A program made the position numbers and the translations under genes. A model generated the notes under the pieces. That model did no database searches. It was not told where the DNA came from and worked only from the letters and a program-made list of their open reading frames with translations. Shown here piece by piece: positions 37,660 to 45,521 of a DNA stretch of 45,521 nt. Source of the DNA: Aquifex sp. (GTDB lineage: Bacteria; Aquificota; Aquificia; Aquificales; Aquificaceae). Every line of letters starts with the position of its first letter. The first letter of the stretch is position 1. The DNA lies in contig QNXQ01000121.1 of assembly GCA_003978875.1 (NCBI GenBank), forward strand, positions 1 through 45,521, given 5' to 3'.

Positions 37660-40600
37660 CATTAAATCCCTTTTTATTTCTTCAGGTGTCGGACAATATT
37701 CCGGAGGCAATCTCTTTACTTTTGAAGCGTAGTACATTAAGGGAATTAATATCAGTGTAAGAGTGGTAGAACCTATGGTTCCGAATATGAGTGATATAGC
37801 GAGTCCGTTAAATATCGGGTCAAAGATGATAACGAAAGCACCTATGATAACCGCTGCAGCGGTGAGGAGTATAGGTCTCGTTCTTATTACTCCGGCTTCT
37901 ACTACGGCAACGTGAACGGGAAGACCTTCTCTAATTCTCTGTTCCGCAAAGTCTACAAGGAGTATTGAGTTTCTAACGATAATACCTCCGAGAGCAATAA
38001 ATCCAATCATAGAAGTTGCGGTAAAGAACACATTACCCATTATCTTATCCATAATGAAGTGTCCCGGGATTATACCTACGAGCGTAAGAGGTATAGGAGC
38101 GAGAATTAATCCGGGTACTTTAAAGTCTTTAAACCATCCAAGAACCAGAACGTACATAACAAATACCGCTACTCCAAAAGCAAGTCCAAGGTCTCTGAAT
38201 ACTTCCAGGGTTATGTGCATTTCTCCGTCCCATTTTACGTAAACCCTATCTTCCAGTACCGGTAAGGACATCCACAATTCTCCCACTTTCCCGTAAGGAT
38301 TTTCTATATTCAGGATTTTATCTCTTACGTCCATAATTCCGTAAATGGGTGCTTCCTCTCTTCCCGCAACATCTCCTATTACGTAGATAACCCTTCTGAG
38401 GTTCTTATGGTATATAGTTTCGGGAATAGGACCTTCTTGAATTTCTACAAGTTCGGATAGAGGAATTAGTTTACCTTCCCTGTTGGGTATTTTTATATTC
38501 TTCAGCACTTCCGGGACTCTGTATTTCTCATCGAGCCTGATTATTATGGGGACGTGTTCGGTGTCCGTGGTCTGCATTATGCCCGCTTGCCATCCGCCGA
38601 CAAGAGCCTTTATGGTATACACAACTTCCTCTTTAGTAAGACCAGCAAGCTTTACTTTATCCTCTCTAACAACAAACCTTATCATAGGTGCCGGATATTC
38701 CAGATATATTCCCTCGTCTGTGATTGCAGGAGAGTCCTTGAATATCTTTAGAACTCTCCAAGCAAATTCCCTCTGTGTCTTCATATCGGGAGCGTAAACT
38801 TCTGCAACTATCGGAGAAAGAACTGGTGGTCCTGGTGGAACTTCTACGACCGCAACGTATTTAGCACCGTACTTGTTAGCTATTTCGTGAACCTTCGGTC
38901 TTATCAGCTTTGCAAATTCGTGGGATTGAAGGTCTCTATCGTGTTTTCCGACGAGATTAACTTGTATTTCCGCGAGGTTAGAAGCTTGTCTGAGGTAATA
39001 GTGTCTTACTAAACCGTTAAAGGTAAAGGGTGCGGCAGTTCCTACGTAAATTTGATAATCCGTAACAATCGAATACCTTCCTACGTAATCTGCAATTTCT
39101 TTAGCAACTCTGAAGGTTTCTTCAAGAGTTGTACCTTCGGGCATATCGAGTACTATTTCGAGTTCAGACTTGTTGTCGTAAGGAAGCATCTTAACCAGAA
39201 CGTGTTTTGTAAAGAGCATTCCTACAGATGCTCCCATAAGTCCGATAACGAATAGGTAGAAGGCATACCTCTTTATTTTGCTTGCAAGAAGCGGATACAT
39301 TATACGGCAGTAAATCTTCCAAAACAGTGTTTCTCTCACGTTTATTTCATGATGTTCTCTTTCCTTTTTAAGGAAATGATAGGCTGCCCAGGGGGTGACG
39401 ATGAATGCTACCAGCAGTGAGAAGAACATCGCAACGGATGCGTTAATGGGAATGGGTCTCATATAAGGACCCATCATTCCTGTAACAAAGGCCATGGGCA
39501 TAAGGGCTGCGATTACCGTAAAGGTTGCCAGGATTGTAGGGTTACCAACTTCATCCGTAGCACGGACTATGGCATCCCTGGGAGGTAGTTTTTGCATTTC
39601 AAACCAACGGTGAATGTTTTCCACTACAACGATGGCGTCGTCAACGAGAATACCTATTGAGAAGATAAGAGCAAAAAGGGTCACTCTGTTTAAGGTAAAG
39701 CCGTACATTTCATTAAGGAACAAGGCTATTGAAAGGGTTACCGGAACGGCTAAACCTACAACGAGAGCTTCCCTTACTCCTAAAGATACAGCTATCAGCA
39801 ATACAACCGAGAAAGTAGCGATAAATAGGTGTTCAAGAAGTTCGAGGGCTTTCTCCTGTGCAGTCTCACCGTAGTTCCTTGTAATGGTAATATTTACATC
39901 CTTGGGAATTACCTTACCTTTTAAGTGTTCTACAAACTCTATTACTTGGTCAGCGACAACTACAGCGTTAGTTCCTTTTCTTTTGGATACCGCTATGGTA
40001 ACCGCAGGATATAGTTCTCCGGGTTTGCCTTCTATTCCCTTGTATTTATGGGCTTGACCTATTCCGAAAAAGACGTAATCCTTTATTTCCGAAGGACCGT
40101 CAACTATAGTGGCTATATCCTTCAGGTATACAACTCTTCCATCTTTTACGGTGACTACTACATTTTCGACATCCTTAACAGATTTGAAAAAGGGTCCTGT
40201 CTTAATCAGATATTCCATATTTCCCTTGTTTATCTTGCCGCTTATAGCCTGTGCGTTTGCACTCTTGAGCAGTTGGGCAATGTAAAGGGGAGAAATGCCG
40301 TAAGCTTCCATTTTTTTGGGGTCGAGGATTATTCTTATCTGTCTCGGTCTTCCTCCTATGAGGTAAACGTTTGCTACATTATCTATCTTCTTTATTTCAT
40401 TTTGGAGAGTTGCGGCAAGTTTTCTCAGTTCATACCAGTCGTAGTTTTCTCCCCATAAGGTAAGGGTAACTATGGGAACGTCATCTATCGACATAAGCCT
40501 TACAATCGGAGGCAGCACTACTCCGGGAGGAGCCAAATCGAGGGCGGACATCATTTTAGAATTGAGGTCTACCAGTGCCTTTACCGGGTCAGTTCCTACG

Positions 40601-40899
40601 TAAAACCTCGCGGTAACTATTCCCATATCGTTGGTTGAAGCAGAGTAGATATACTCAATGTCCTTGAGTTCCCACAGTTTTTTCTCCAGAGGAAAGACTA
40701 CACGGGCCTCGACTTCCTCGGGAGTTGCTCCGGGGTAAGGAATGAATATATCTATCATAGGGACAACAATCTGAGGTTCTTCTTCCCTCGGAGTAGTGAG
40801 AACGGCAAAGAGTCCAAGTGCTAAGGAAACCATTATTAGGATAGGAGTGAGTTTAGAGTCGATAAAGTAGTTAGCCAGTCTTCCAGCCAATCCGTACAT
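37651..40899 (-). CDS. RND efflux transporter permease (AcrB/CusA superfamily)
   Basis: 1082 aa; GILVDDAIVVVEN, GIIVRNSILLVD, RTRPILLT; N-terminal PREEEPQI. Confidence 0.96.
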   Translation of the reverse strand: MYGLAGRLANYFIDSKLTPILIMVSLALGLFAVLTTPREEEPQIVVPMIDIFIPYPGATPEEVEARVVFPLEKKLWELKDIEYIYSASTNDMGIVTARFYVGTDPVKALVDLNSKMMSALDLAPPGVVLPPIVRLMSIDDVPIVTLTLWGENYDWYELRKLAATLQNEIKKIDNVANVYLIGGRPRQIRIILDPKKMEAYGISPLYIAQLLKSANAQAISGKINKGNMEYLIKTGPFFKSVKDVENVVVTVKDGRVVYLKDIATIVDGPSEIKDYVFFGIGQAHKYKGIEGKPGELYPAVTIAVSKRKGTNAVVVADQVIEFVEHLKGKVIPKDVNITITRNYGETAQEKALELLEHLFIATFSVVLLIAVSLGVREALVVGLAVPVTLSIALFLNEMYGFTLNRVTLFALIFSIGILVDDAIVVVENIHRWFEMQKLPPRDAIVRATDEVGNPTILATFTVIAALMPMAFVTGMMGPYMRPIPINASVAMFFSLLVAFIVTPWAAYHFLKKEREHHEINVRETLFWKIYCRIMYPLLASKIKRYAFYLFVIGLMGASVGMLFTKHVLVKMLPYDNKSELEIVLDMPEGTTLEETFRVAKEIADYVGRYSIVTDYQIYVGTAAPFTFNGLVRHYYLRQASNLAEIQVNLVGKHDRDLQSHEFAKLIRPKVHEIANKYGAKYVAVVEVPPGPPVLSPIVAEVYAPDMKTQREFAWRVLKIFKDSPAITDEGIYLEYPAPMIRFVVREDKVKLAGLTKEEVVYTIKALVGGWQAGIMQTTDTEHVPIIIRLDEKYRVPEVLKNIKIPNREGKLIPLSELVEIQEGPIPETIYHKNLRRVIYVIGDVAGREEAPIYGIMDVRDKILNIENPYGKVGELWMSLPVLEDRVYVKWDGEMHITLEVFRDLGLAFGVAVFVMYVLVLGWFKDFKVPGLILAPIPLTLVGIIPGHFIMDKIMGNVFFTATSMIGFIALGGIIVRNSILLVDFAEQRIREGLPVHVAVVEAGVIRTRPILLTAAAVIIGAFVIIFDPIFNGLAISLIFGTIGSTTLTLILIPLMYYASKVKRLPPEYCPTPEEIKRDLMAD

Positions 40900-40903
40900 C
40901 GGA

Positions 40904-42028
40904 TTAACCTCCTACTTTACATCCATCACAGGCTTTTTCTATTCCGTCGATAACAATCCTTTCCCCAGGAGAAAGACCTGCGAGAACCTCATAATAACCG
41001 TTGTATTCTCTACCTAACCTAACGAGTCTAAGTTCAAGGGTATTATCGGGTCTTACAACCCATACACCTGTAAAGTCCCAACGTTTAAAAACTGATTTCT
41101 TAGGAATAAAAATTGTAGGTTCCTGAAGTTTTTCTATTTTGAAAACTTTCGCAAATAGACCGCTCTTTACTCTGTTGTCATCTATAAGAGCCTTAACCTT
41201 GAAGGTTCTCGTCATAGGATTTATTGCGGGTTCAACTTCTATTACCTTTGCGAGGAAAGTTTTCCTGAGGGCTTCTATGTAAACTTCCAGCACGTCTCCT
41301 TCCTTAATTTCACCGAAGTATTTTTCAGGGAATGCTACTTCAACCTTGTAGGGTCTTCTTTCTAAAATCGCGAGAGGCATTCCAGGGTTCGCTATATCCC
41401 CTTTATCCACCATCTTCTGGATTATGTATCCGTCAAAGGGAGCTCTTACTTCCGCATAAGAGAGTTGAGCCTTTGCAGATTTGAAGGCCTCTCTTGCCAC
41501 TTTTATTTCAGCCTCTGCAGCTTCAAGTTGAGCCTTTGCAGCTTTGAATTTAGCTTCAATCTGGTCAAACTCATGTTCTGTTATAGCCCCTTCCTCTAAA
41601 AGTTTCTTGAATCTTTCGTAAGTTTTCTTTACAGCTTCATAGTTAGCTTTAGCAGCATGATAGTTCTTTTCAGCCTGTAGGATTCTTTCTCTCATTATGT
41701 TTACTTGAGCTCTGATATCTCTTGGGTCTATAACGAACAGGGTTTGCCCTTTCTTTACGAAATCACCTTCCTTTACACGGACCTCTATCACATACCCCAT
41801 AACCCTGGTGGATATTTCTGCCCTATCTCCCGCCACCACAACCCCCGTATAGGCTACGGGAACCTCCTTTACTACCTTAACCGGTTGTATTTCAATACCT
41901 CTTACTACTTTTACCTCTCTCTCTATTTCCTTTGCTTCTATTTTCGGATGGAAAACTCCCGCAAGCCACATAATGATGAGCACTATTGGAAGTATTAGAA
42001 ATAAAAAGTACTTGACAGCAGTCCTCAT
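40904..42028 (-). CDS. RND membrane fusion protein
   Basis: N-terminal anchor, lipoyl half motifs (VKEGDFVKKGQ; APFDG), coiled coil, TRTF. Confidence 0.94.
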   Translation of the reverse strand: MRTAVKYFLFLILPIVLIIMWLAGVFHPKIEAKEIEREVKVVRGIEIQPVKVVKEVPVAYTGVVVAGDRAEISTRVMGYVIEVRVKEGDFVKKGQTLFVIDPRDIRAQVNIMRERILQAEKNYHAAKANYEAVKKTYERFKKLLEEGAITEHEFDQIEAKFKAAKAQLEAAEAEIKVAREAFKSAKAQLSYAEVRAPFDGYIIQKMVDKGDIANPGMPLAILERRPYKVEVAFPEKYFGEIKEGDVLEVYIEALRKTFLAKVIEVEPAINPMTRTFKVKALIDDNRVKSGLFAKVFKIEKLQEPTIFIPKKSVFKRWDFTGVWVVRPDNTLELRLVRLGREYNGYYEVLAGLSPGERIVIDGIEKACDGCKVGG

Positions 42029-43338
42029 TTTGTCACCTCCTCCTTAAGAACTCCTGCTGCAAAGAGAGCTTTGGCGTAAGCAATATTACAATCTCTCAAT
42101 GCCTTTACATACTCAAACCTAGCGTTATCCAATTGAGTTTGAGCATCCAGTAAATCTACAACGCGTGCCATCCCAACCTCGTATCTTTTTTTGACAACCC
42201 TGAGCACTTCTTCCGATTCCTTTAATCTGGTTTTGGCAGATTCAAGAGCCTTTAAGGCATTCTCATACTCGGCAAAAGCTTTATCTATCTCAAACATGAT
42301 AGCTTTAGCTAGAAGCTCCTTTTGATTCCTAAGAGCCAGTTCCCTTTTCTTTATACTTTTAGCCTTGAAGAGAGGGCTAAGACCTGTATTGAACTGCCAC
42401 TTCACTCCTACTCCTACCATGTATCCATTTCCCTGAGTTCCAAATGGGATATCCTTGTCATAAGTGGAGTAATTGGCAAATGCGAAGAAGTGAGGAAGTA
42501 TATCTCCTAAAGCACCTTTCTTTCCTTCTTTCAAGAGTTTGAGATAGTAAGAAATGGCTTTGTAATCTTCTCTGTTTTCCAAAGCTACCTTTTTTAACTT
42601 TGCTTTATCCACAACCGGACAACCTTCAAAGTCTTTTACATCAAATTCACCGTAAGATTTATTTACAAGTAGTTCAAGAGCCTTTTTGGCAACTTTGTAA
42701 TTATTTTCCGCCTGAGATAGCTTTTCCTGTGCCTTAGATAGATATACCTTTGCTCTGAGAACATCTGCAAATAGAGCAACTCCCGTTTTATAAGCCTTTT
42801 CGGCAAGTTTCATATGTTCTTCGGCGTCTTTGACAGCCATCTTCGCCACTTTTACCGCATTCTTTGCCAAAACGGCATTAGCATAAGCTTCAAAAACTTT
42901 AAGGATTACCTCCTCCTCCTTTCTACCGTATTTCGTTTTTTCGCCAAGCCATTTGTACTTAGACATATTCTTGAAAGCCCTCAATTTGCCTCCCATCCAT
43001 ATAGGAATTTCAATAGAAAGCTTCGTTTCAAAGTTCTCTATAGAATCGGGATTGTTCAATTTATCGGGAAAGAAATCCTGAGCGGTTATCCTTTCCTGAT
43101 TTAATTTTGTAAACAGGACGTAAGCGGGTATATCCGTTTTCGTAAAGGTTTCTTCCAGCTTCAAAGTGGGAAACAGCAAACCCTTAGCAGCTTTGTACTC
43201 GTATTCGGTAGCCTTTACCTGATTTTTATAGGATTTGAGTTCTAAGTTTTCCTTCAGAGCCTGCTGGATAAAAATCTTCAAAGGTATCTCCGCTGCAAAA
43301 CTAAGTCCGAAGAGAAGAAGGTATAAAAGCAGTCTCAT
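42025..43338 (-). CDS. TolC-family outer membrane efflux protein
   Basis: Signal peptide, two OEP repeats (YKTGVA...DVL; RYEVG...DLLDAQ); start ATG 43338. Confidence 0.92.
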   Translation of the reverse strand: MRLLLYLLLFGLSFAAEIPLKIFIQQALKENLELKSYKNQVKATEYEYKAAKGLLFPTLKLEETFTKTDIPAYVLFTKLNQERITAQDFFPDKLNNPDSIENFETKLSIEIPIWMGGKLRAFKNMSKYKWLGEKTKYGRKEEEVILKVFEAYANAVLAKNAVKVAKMAVKDAEEHMKLAEKAYKTGVALFADVLRAKVYLSKAQEKLSQAENNYKVAKKALELLVNKSYGEFDVKDFEGCPVVDKAKLKKVALENREDYKAISYYLKLLKEGKKGALGDILPHFFAFANYSTYDKDIPFGTQGNGYMVGVGVKWQFNTGLSPLFKAKSIKKRELALRNQKELLAKAIMFEIDKAFAEYENALKALESAKTRLKESEEVLRVVKKRYEVGMARVVDLLDAQTQLDNARFEYVKALRDCNIAYAKALFAAGVLKEEVTK

Positions 43339-43368
43339 CTTTACCTCCACCTTATTAATTATATCATA

Positions 43369-43388
43369 ATATTAGAATATTCTAATAT
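43369..43388. promoter_or_regulatory. Perfect 20-bp palindrome upstream of the TolC-MFP-RND operon, putative operator
   Basis: ATATTAGAAT|ATTCTAATAT. Confidence 0.55.
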
Positions 43389-43390
43389 GC

Positions 43391-44635
43391 TTATGACCAT
43401 TCACATATTAGATTTACCTTTATACCCAAGAAATCCTCAACAAACTTACTTCCTGCCCTCCCCAAACTTTCCGCTCCAAGAAGGACAATTGCAAGTTCTT
43501 CCCTTCTTATCTTTTCCCCATTATCCTCTATTAGTCTCCTTACAAAATCTATATCCGTACCTTTTCCATCTTGGAGTGTATCTGCGGGAATACCCCAGAA
43601 TTCCTTAGCTTTTTCACCGCCGATTATTAAAACTTCACTTTTATCGGGAACAAATTCGGTTTTTAACGTAGCAACCACTTTACCCGACAACAGTTTTTCT
43701 CTGTACTGTGCAGGAACTATAAAGGTAGGATTTACAAGGGTTGTAGCAACTCTGAGAGGTAAATCCCTGAAGGGTTCGGAGAGTATTATTTTCACATTTT
43801 GCTTATTTAGGAATAATTTATCCCCGTTCACATGCTCAACTCTTCCTTTAGCAACACCTCTGATAGACTGGGAATAGGGTAAAACGTAGGATGGTATTAC
43901 CTCTTTATCCACCTCTATTTTTCCTTCCAAAACTTTCCAATTCAAGAAAGGAAACTCATACTCTTTTGCCGGAAGGTTTAGTTCTTCGACAAATAGTCTT
44001 ACTTCTTTTATAAACAACCTTTCTTCTTTAGAGCCCGGTCTCCTTCCTTTGAAGCTTACCAAATCCCACTGTACCGGTATATCTTTTTGTTTAAAGAGTC
44101 CATATATGCATCCGCAGTAGTCCTGCTGATATATATCTCTATCTTTAGAAAGTTTAAACATTTCTTGAGTTCCACCGCCTTTTCTGTAATCAAGAGTGAG
44201 GAACACCACCGACGAATCTTTCGTAGCCTCTTCTCCGGCTTTTTTGAGTTGAGGAATACTTTTTTTTGGACTCATTAAAAGAGTAGTTGTAAGATAATCA
44301 CAACCGAGTTCTTTTGCAACTTCTACAGATTTCTTAAGTCTGTGGTCAAAGCATATTTCACAACGGGCTCCTCTTTCCGGTTCATGTTCGTATCCCTTTA
44401 CTTTTTGAAGCCAGTTTTCTACATCGTATTCTCCTTCTATAAGTTTTATTCCCAGCTCCCTGCAAATTCTTTCCGTTTCAATGTATCTCAGCTTGTACTC
44501 CTCGTAAGGATGAATGTTCGGGTCGTAAAAGTATCCTACAATTTCACTTTCCGGGAAATCTTCCCTGAGTCTTTTTAGAAAGTAAATGGCATCCGGTGCA
44601 CAGCAAATGTGAACCAATATCTTACTCTTCTTCAT
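43391..44635 (-). CDS. queH: Epoxyqueuosine reductase QueH (DUF208) with long C-terminal extension
   Basis: HICCAPD, FYDPNIHP, PERGARCEICF, TTTL, YQQDYCGC in the first ~185 aa. Confidence 0.88.
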   Translation of the reverse strand: MKKSKILVHICCAPDAIYFLKRLREDFPESEIVGYFYDPNIHPYEEYKLRYIETERICRELGIKLIEGEYDVENWLQKVKGYEHEPERGARCEICFDHRLKKSVEVAKELGCDYLTTTLLMSPKKSIPQLKKAGEEATKDSSVVFLTLDYRKGGGTQEMFKLSKDRDIYQQDYCGCIYGLFKQKDIPVQWDLVSFKGRRPGSKEERLFIKEVRLFVEELNLPAKEYEFPFLNWKVLEGKIEVDKEVIPSYVLPYSQSIRGVAKGRVEHVNGDKLFLNKQNVKIILSEPFRDLPLRVATTLVNPTFIVPAQYREKLLSGKVVATLKTEFVPDKSEVLIIGGEKAKEFWGIPADTLQDGKGTDIDFVRRLIEDNGEKIRREELAIVLLGAESLGRAGSKFVEDFLGIKVNLICEWS

Positions 44636-45041
44636 CTTTCTCCTTCTGTTTCGCTATAAGTATCTCTTCCAACTTCACTACCTTGGTTTTAGGAACTTTG
44701 ACTATAGCCTTTTGATAAGCTTCTCCTTGGAGTTTGGATAACTCATTTTGTATAAAATCCATAAGCTGGTCTATCTGTTTCTGCATCTCTTCTATTTGTT
44801 CCTTTAGATTAAGGATTATGTCTACACCTGCAAGGTTTACTCCAAGTTCCCTTGTGAGAAAAAGAATAAATTCAAGCCTCTCTAAATCCTCATCGGTGTA
44901 AAGACGGGTATTGCCTTCCGTTCTCGAGGGTTTTAACAGACCTTCCCTTTCGTAAAGCCTCAGTGTTTGAGGATGAATGTTGTACATCTTTGCAACGACA
45001 CCTATTGTATAATAGGCTTTCCTCTTCTTCATGGTTCTCAC
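44622..45041 (-). CDS. hspR: MerR-family heat-shock repressor HspR
   Basis: IHPQTLRLYEREGL, PSRTEGNTRLY, LGVNLAGV; directly downstream of dnaJ. Confidence 0.9.
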   Translation of the reverse strand: MRTMKKRKAYYTIGVVAKMYNIHPQTLRLYEREGLLKPSRTEGNTRLYTDEDLERLEFILFLTRELGVNLAGVDIILNLKEQIEEMQKQIDQLMDFIQNELSKLQGEAYQKAIVKVPKTKVVKLEEILIAKQKEKDEEE

Positions 45042-45520
45042 CTCTCTACAATTCTTTCAGGTTTCGGAAGAACTTCTTGAAGTTGCCTGAGAAGCTCTTC
45101 CGCTTTCTTTCCATCACCAAGCAACTTACTGAAAACGTTATACTTGGGAACGTCTATATGAACTCTCACGTACATATCTCCTCTACCGCTATCTTTTAGC
45201 CTGGGCATACCCTTTCCGGATACCTTAACTATGCTTCCTTCTTTGGTTCCGGGAGGAATCTTTACCTTAACTTTTTCACCATCAATGGTAGGAACTTCTA
45301 TCTCTGTACCTAAAACCGCTTCAGGAAAAGTTATATTCACATCGATATACAGGTCATCTCCTTTTCTTTCAAATATCTTATGAGGTTTCAAGTTAATAAC
45401 TATATAGAGATTTCCGGGAGATCCACCGTACCTTCCCGCATGTCCTTTACCCTCTACAACCAATTTGGAGCCGTGTCTTACTCCCGGAGGGATTTTGAAC
45501 TTTATGTTTTCTTTTTTCTT
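45038..45520 (-). CDS. dnaJ: DnaJ-class co-chaperone, C-terminal part (runs off window end)
   Basis: KIPPGV, G.G..G..GG.PGNLY, HKIFERKGDDL, EAVLG, KIPPGT, GKGMP, GDMYV; frame stays open to the window edge. Confidence 0.9.
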   Translation of the reverse strand, partial: KKKENIKFKIPPGVRHGSKLVVEGKGHAGRYGGSPGNLYIVINLKPHKIFERKGDDLYIDVNITFPEAVLGTEIEVPTIDGEKVKVKIPPGTKEGSIVKVSGKGMPRLKDSGRGDMYVRVHIDVPKYNVFSKLLGDGKKAEELLRQLQEVLPKPERIVER

Positions 45521-45521
45521 A

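Noticed and set aside
843-45199. Numerous short ORFs antisense to or nested in identified genes (e.g. 3696..4145, 13158..13580, 14958..15446, 17693..18241, 21086..21547)
   Set aside because: Shadow frames of well-supported genes, with Ser/Phe/Leu-rich composition and no SD or motifs
1-45521. CRISPR arrays, rRNA, IS elements, prophage genes
   Set aside because: No regularly spaced repeats, transposase/integrase motifs or rRNA-like sequence found on reading

Overview
Low-GC, gene-dense window from a member of the Aquificaceae (DnaX and IscA closely resemble my recollection of the Aquifex aeolicus proteins). The left housekeeping arm carries panC, fmt, a PflX-like radical SAM gene, ccdA, hisH, a cytochrome c, SRP RNA, dnaX, uvrB, iscA, pdxA and queD. 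The right arm carries a TIGR01212-type radical SAM gene, a lipoate ligase, hemC, tRNA-Ser(GGA), pncB, purN, rpsU, TolC/MFP/RND, queH, hspR and dnaJ. Between them lies a ~19.7 kb denitrification cluster (~11.65-31.44 kb): napAGHBLD, norCB plus a NorH-like small subunit, nirS-nirN-V4R-nirJ-nirF-nirE-nirDL, an Fe-S Rrf2 regulator, an AlgE-like porin and a truncated nrdD. There is no nosZ in the window. The best unexplained signals are: (1) a ~180-nt GC-rich, multi-hairpin candidate ncRNA with its own promoter, antisense inside the nir operon; (2) an A9/A-AAA-AAG site near the end of dnaX whose -1 frame encodes a tau-like C-terminus while the 0 frame ends in a clamp-binding-like motif; (3) a shared ~20-bp operator at norC, nirS, an uncharacterised membrane protein and a cytochrome c; and (4) a NirN with a second C-terminal cytochrome c domain and a Met-to-Lys change in the first. 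All calls come from reading the sequence by eye; no database searches were run.
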